DNA of 35,448 nucleotides from NCBI GenBank assembly GCA_943330925.2, contig CALQJP020000001.1:1-35448 (forward strand), read 5' to 3'. Position 1 is the stretch's first letter. Every line of letters starts with the position of its first letter. Origin of the DNA: Chryseobacterium gleum. Its GTDB lineage: Bacteria > Bacteroidota > Bacteroidia > Flavobacteriales_D > Sanyastnellaceae. A program made the translations under genes and the position numbers. Positions 33,225 to 35,448 of the stretch are shown here, in pieces. The notes under the pieces are model-generated. The model worked only from the letters and a program-made list of their open reading frames with translations, made no database searches and was not told the DNA's origin.

Positions 33225-35273
33225 ATGAAGCGTATTGAAAATTATGTGATGGGCAATTGGGCATTTGGCTCAGGCAATGAAAAGCAGTTAACGAATGCAA
33301 TTACAGGTGAAGTTGTTGGTGTGGCAACCGCGCAAGGACTTCATTTTGGCGATGTCCTCCAATACGGAAGAACCATAGGTGGCTCAGTGTTGCGCAAAAT
33401 GACTTTTCATGAGCGCGGCCGCATGCTCAAGGCATTGGCCATGTTTCTCAACGAGCGCAAGGCGGCTTATTACGAATTGAGTTATGCTACCGGTGCAACC
33501 AAAATTGACAGTTGGATTGACATCGATGGCGGGATAGGAAACTTGTTTGCATACGCTTCATTGCGCAGGCAGTTTCCGAATGAACGCTATTATGTAGATG
33601 GCGATACGGCAAAGTTGTCGAAGCAAGGCACTTTCCTGGGGCATCACATCATGGTGCCGCGCGAGGGGGTTGCTATTCACATCAACGCATTTAATTTCCC
33701 GATTTGGGGAATGCTCGAGAAGATAGCGGTGAATTTATTGGCAGGAATGCCGGCTGTTGTTAAGCCCGCAACCATTACGTCTTATTTGACGGAGATAGTA
33801 GTTCGCGACATCATTGCTTCGGGTATTCTTCCCGAAGGAGCATTGCAGCTTATCTGCGGAAATGCCGAAGGTCTGTTGGACCATGTGATGTCGCAAGATG
33901 TAGTGACCTTCACCGGAAGTGCTTCTACCGGACGCAAACTGAAATCGCATCCGCGGATTATAGAAGAGTCGGTGCATTTCAATATGGAGGCCGATTCGCT
34001 CAATGCGGCCGTATTGGGAAAAGATGCCGCACCGGGAACGGAAGAGTTCGACTTGTTTATCAAGGAGGTTCGCAAGGAGGTAACTGTAAAATGCGGCCAG
34101 AAGTGCACAGCCATTCGCAGAGTGATTGTGCCCGAATCCTATTTGGAAGACGTGCAAATTGCTTTGGGAAAAGCGTTCGCCAAAACAGTTGTAGGAAATC
34201 CGCGCAACGAGGCTGTGCGCATGGGATCGCTTGCCGCGCAATCGCAACGTGCCGATGTGCTTGAAAAGTTGGCATTGTTACGCGAAGATTCTGAATTGGT
34301 ATATGGCGATCCCTCGAAGATTGACGTAATAGATGCCAACTACGAGCAGGGCGCATTTCTATCGCCCATGTTGCTCGTCAACAATGATCCATTCCACAAA
34401 ACCGCTACGCATGAAGTAGAAGCATTCGGCCCGATTACGACGCTGATGCCCTACGATACACTCGAAGATGCAGTGGCATTGACGAAAATGGGTAAGGGTT
34501 CACTGGTATGCAGTATAACCACTCACGACAATCGCATAGCGCGCGATTTTGTATTGGACAGCGCATCGCATCACGGACGCATTTTGGTGTTGAATCGCGA
34601 GAGTGCTCCGGAGAGTACCGGTCACGGCTCGCCCATGCCTTTGCTGGTGCATGGCGGACCAGGCCGAGCGGGCGGTGGTGAAGAGATGGGTGGCAAGCGC
34701 GGCGTGATGCACTATTTGCAGCGCACCGCTATTCAAGGGTCGCCCACAACGTTGACGGCCATCACACACGTCTATCAATACGGAGCTCACCAGCCCGAAG
34801 CAGAACCACATTTGTTCAGACAGCATTTTGAAGACCTGCAAATTGGTCACACGGTCTTTACTCACAAGCATACCGTAACGGAAGCCGATATCGTGAATTT
34901 TGCCAACGTGAGTGGCGACAATTTCTATGCTCACATGGATGCTACTTCACTCGAAGGAACCATCTTCGAGCGCAGAGTGGCTCACGGCTACTTCGTATTG
35001 TCGAAGGCCGCTGGGTTGTTCGTTGACCCTAAAAAAGGACCGGTGTTATTGAACTACGGATTGGATGAAGCACGCTTCACCAAGCCGGTCTATCCCGGAA
35101 TGACCTTGGGGGTTCGCTTCACGGTGAAAGAAAAGGTGGATCAGGAAAAGCGCACGCCCGAAGATATAGCAAAGGGCATTGTGAAGTTTCTGGTTGATGT
35201 TTATGATGAAACAGGGGAAACAGTAGCATTGGCCACCATTCTAACCATGGTTAAGAAACGGAATCAAGAATAA
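33225..35273 (+). CDS. paaZ: Bifunctional aldehyde dehydrogenase / MaoC-type hydratase PaaZ (oxepin-CoA hydrolase / 3-oxo-5,6-dehydrosuberyl-CoA semialdehyde dehydrogenase)
   Basis: MKRIENYVMGNW... The ALDH catalytic region is FNMEADSLNAAVLG...KCGQKCTAIRRVIVP. The C-terminal hot-dog motif is TEADIVNFANVSGDNFYAHMD. Confidence 0.85.
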   Translation: MKRIENYVMGNWAFGSGNEKQLTNAITGEVVGVATAQGLHFGDVLQYGRTIGGSVLRKMTFHERGRMLKALAMFLNERKAAYYELSYATGATKIDSWIDIDGGIGNLFAYASLRRQFPNERYYVDGDTAKLSKQGTFLGHHIMVPREGVAIHINAFNFPIWGMLEKIAVNLLAGMPAVVKPATITSYLTEIVVRDIIASGILPEGALQLICGNAEGLLDHVMSQDVVTFTGSASTGRKLKSHPRIIEESVHFNMEADSLNAAVLGKDAAPGTEEFDLFIKEVRKEVTVKCGQKCTAIRRVIVPESYLEDVQIALGKAFAKTVVGNPRNEAVRMGSLAAQSQRADVLEKLALLREDSELVYGDPSKIDVIDANYEQGAFLSPMLLVNNDPFHKTATHEVEAFGPITTLMPYDTLEDAVALTKMGKGSLVCSITTHDNRIARDFVLDSASHHGRILVLNRESAPESTGHGSPMPLLVHGGPGRAGGGEEMGGKRGVMHYLQRTAIQGSPTTLTAITHVYQYGAHQPEAEPHLFRQHFEDLQIGHTVFTHKHTVTEADIVNFANVSGDNFYAHMDATSLEGTIFERRVAHGYFVLSKAAGLFVDPKKGPVLLNYGLDEARFTKPVYPGMTLGVRFTVKEKVDQEKRTPEDIAKGIVKFLVDVYDETGETVALATILTMVKKRNQE

Positions 35274-35448
35274 ATGCGCAAGATACTTGGCGTCATAGTA
35301 GGGGTTCTGTTGGCGGCAACGGGAGCAGCGCAGATGCGATTGGATTCGCTTTTTTACAGAAGTGATCTCATAGCCGATTTGGAAAGCCTCAAGCAGGAAT
35401 TGCTCAAGAGTCACCCCAATCCATTTGAGTTTTGCGATGAGAAGTACT
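35274..35448 (+). CDS. Secreted protein, partial (possibly the N-terminus of an S41-family peptidase)
   Basis: Manual translation gives MRKILGVIVGVLLAATGAAQMRLDSLFYRSDLIADLESLKQELLKSHPNPFEFCDEKY. It has a signal peptide, the ATG directly follows the paaZ stop, and the frame is open to the window end. The product guess is weak. Confidence 0.45.
   Translation, partial: MRKILGVIVGVLLAATGAAQMRLDSLFYRSDLIADLESLKQELLKSHPNPFEFCDEKY

Noticed and set aside
1-35448. Defence islands, toxin-antitoxin pairs, retron or DGR reverse transcriptases, integrases, tRNA or rRNA genes
   Set aside because: I found no ORF with reverse-transcriptase, integrase, Cas, restriction or toxin signatures, and no cloverleaf-like or rRNA-like sequence in the intergenic regions. 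The only mobile-element-related gene is the RAYT.

Overview
Dense chromosomal window that looks like a Bacteroidota genome: T9SS type A and type B C-terminal sorting domains, a DUF1573 domain, a LemA-TPM-TPM operon, TAnnTTTG -7 promoter boxes and almost no Shine-Dalgarno sites. I support about 31 protein genes and found no rRNA, tRNA, CRISPR array or prophage. In order, they are: a partial YkgJ-like gene, SRPBCC, a MobA-like fusion and moaC; a beta-barrel OMP; a REP cluster with a RAYT (Y1/HUH transposase); DPP-IV; a TPR/PD40/OmpA-like/DUF1573 protein; a bifunctional nuclease; etfBA; and pyrF. An envelope-glycan neighbourhood follows: acyltransferase-3, a GT-C membrane protein, a polyprenyl-phosphate-sugar-synthase-like GT2, a processive GT2 synthase, and an LptF/G-like permease translationally coupled to two GT4 genes. 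The rest are two convergent T9SS cargo genes (an M1 peptidase and a type-B CTD adhesin); a DjlA-like TerB-J protein; TPM-TPM-LemA; a DnaQ-exonuclease/GIY-YIG fusion; a second GT-C; a small secreted protein; paaZ; and a partial secreted protein. Two things stand out. First, the processive GT2 synthase carries a soluble insert of about 220 aa in its last loop that resembles an adhesin head domain. Second, a RAYT gene sits beside a REP hairpin cluster, and the same hairpin seeds a spacer-less 23-bp tandem array 4.6 kb downstream of the gene. At least three other unrelated hairpin or short-unit repeat families occupy intergenic regions, and one of them supplies the last codons and the stop of a gene. 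All domain calls come from reading motifs by eye. No database search was run.
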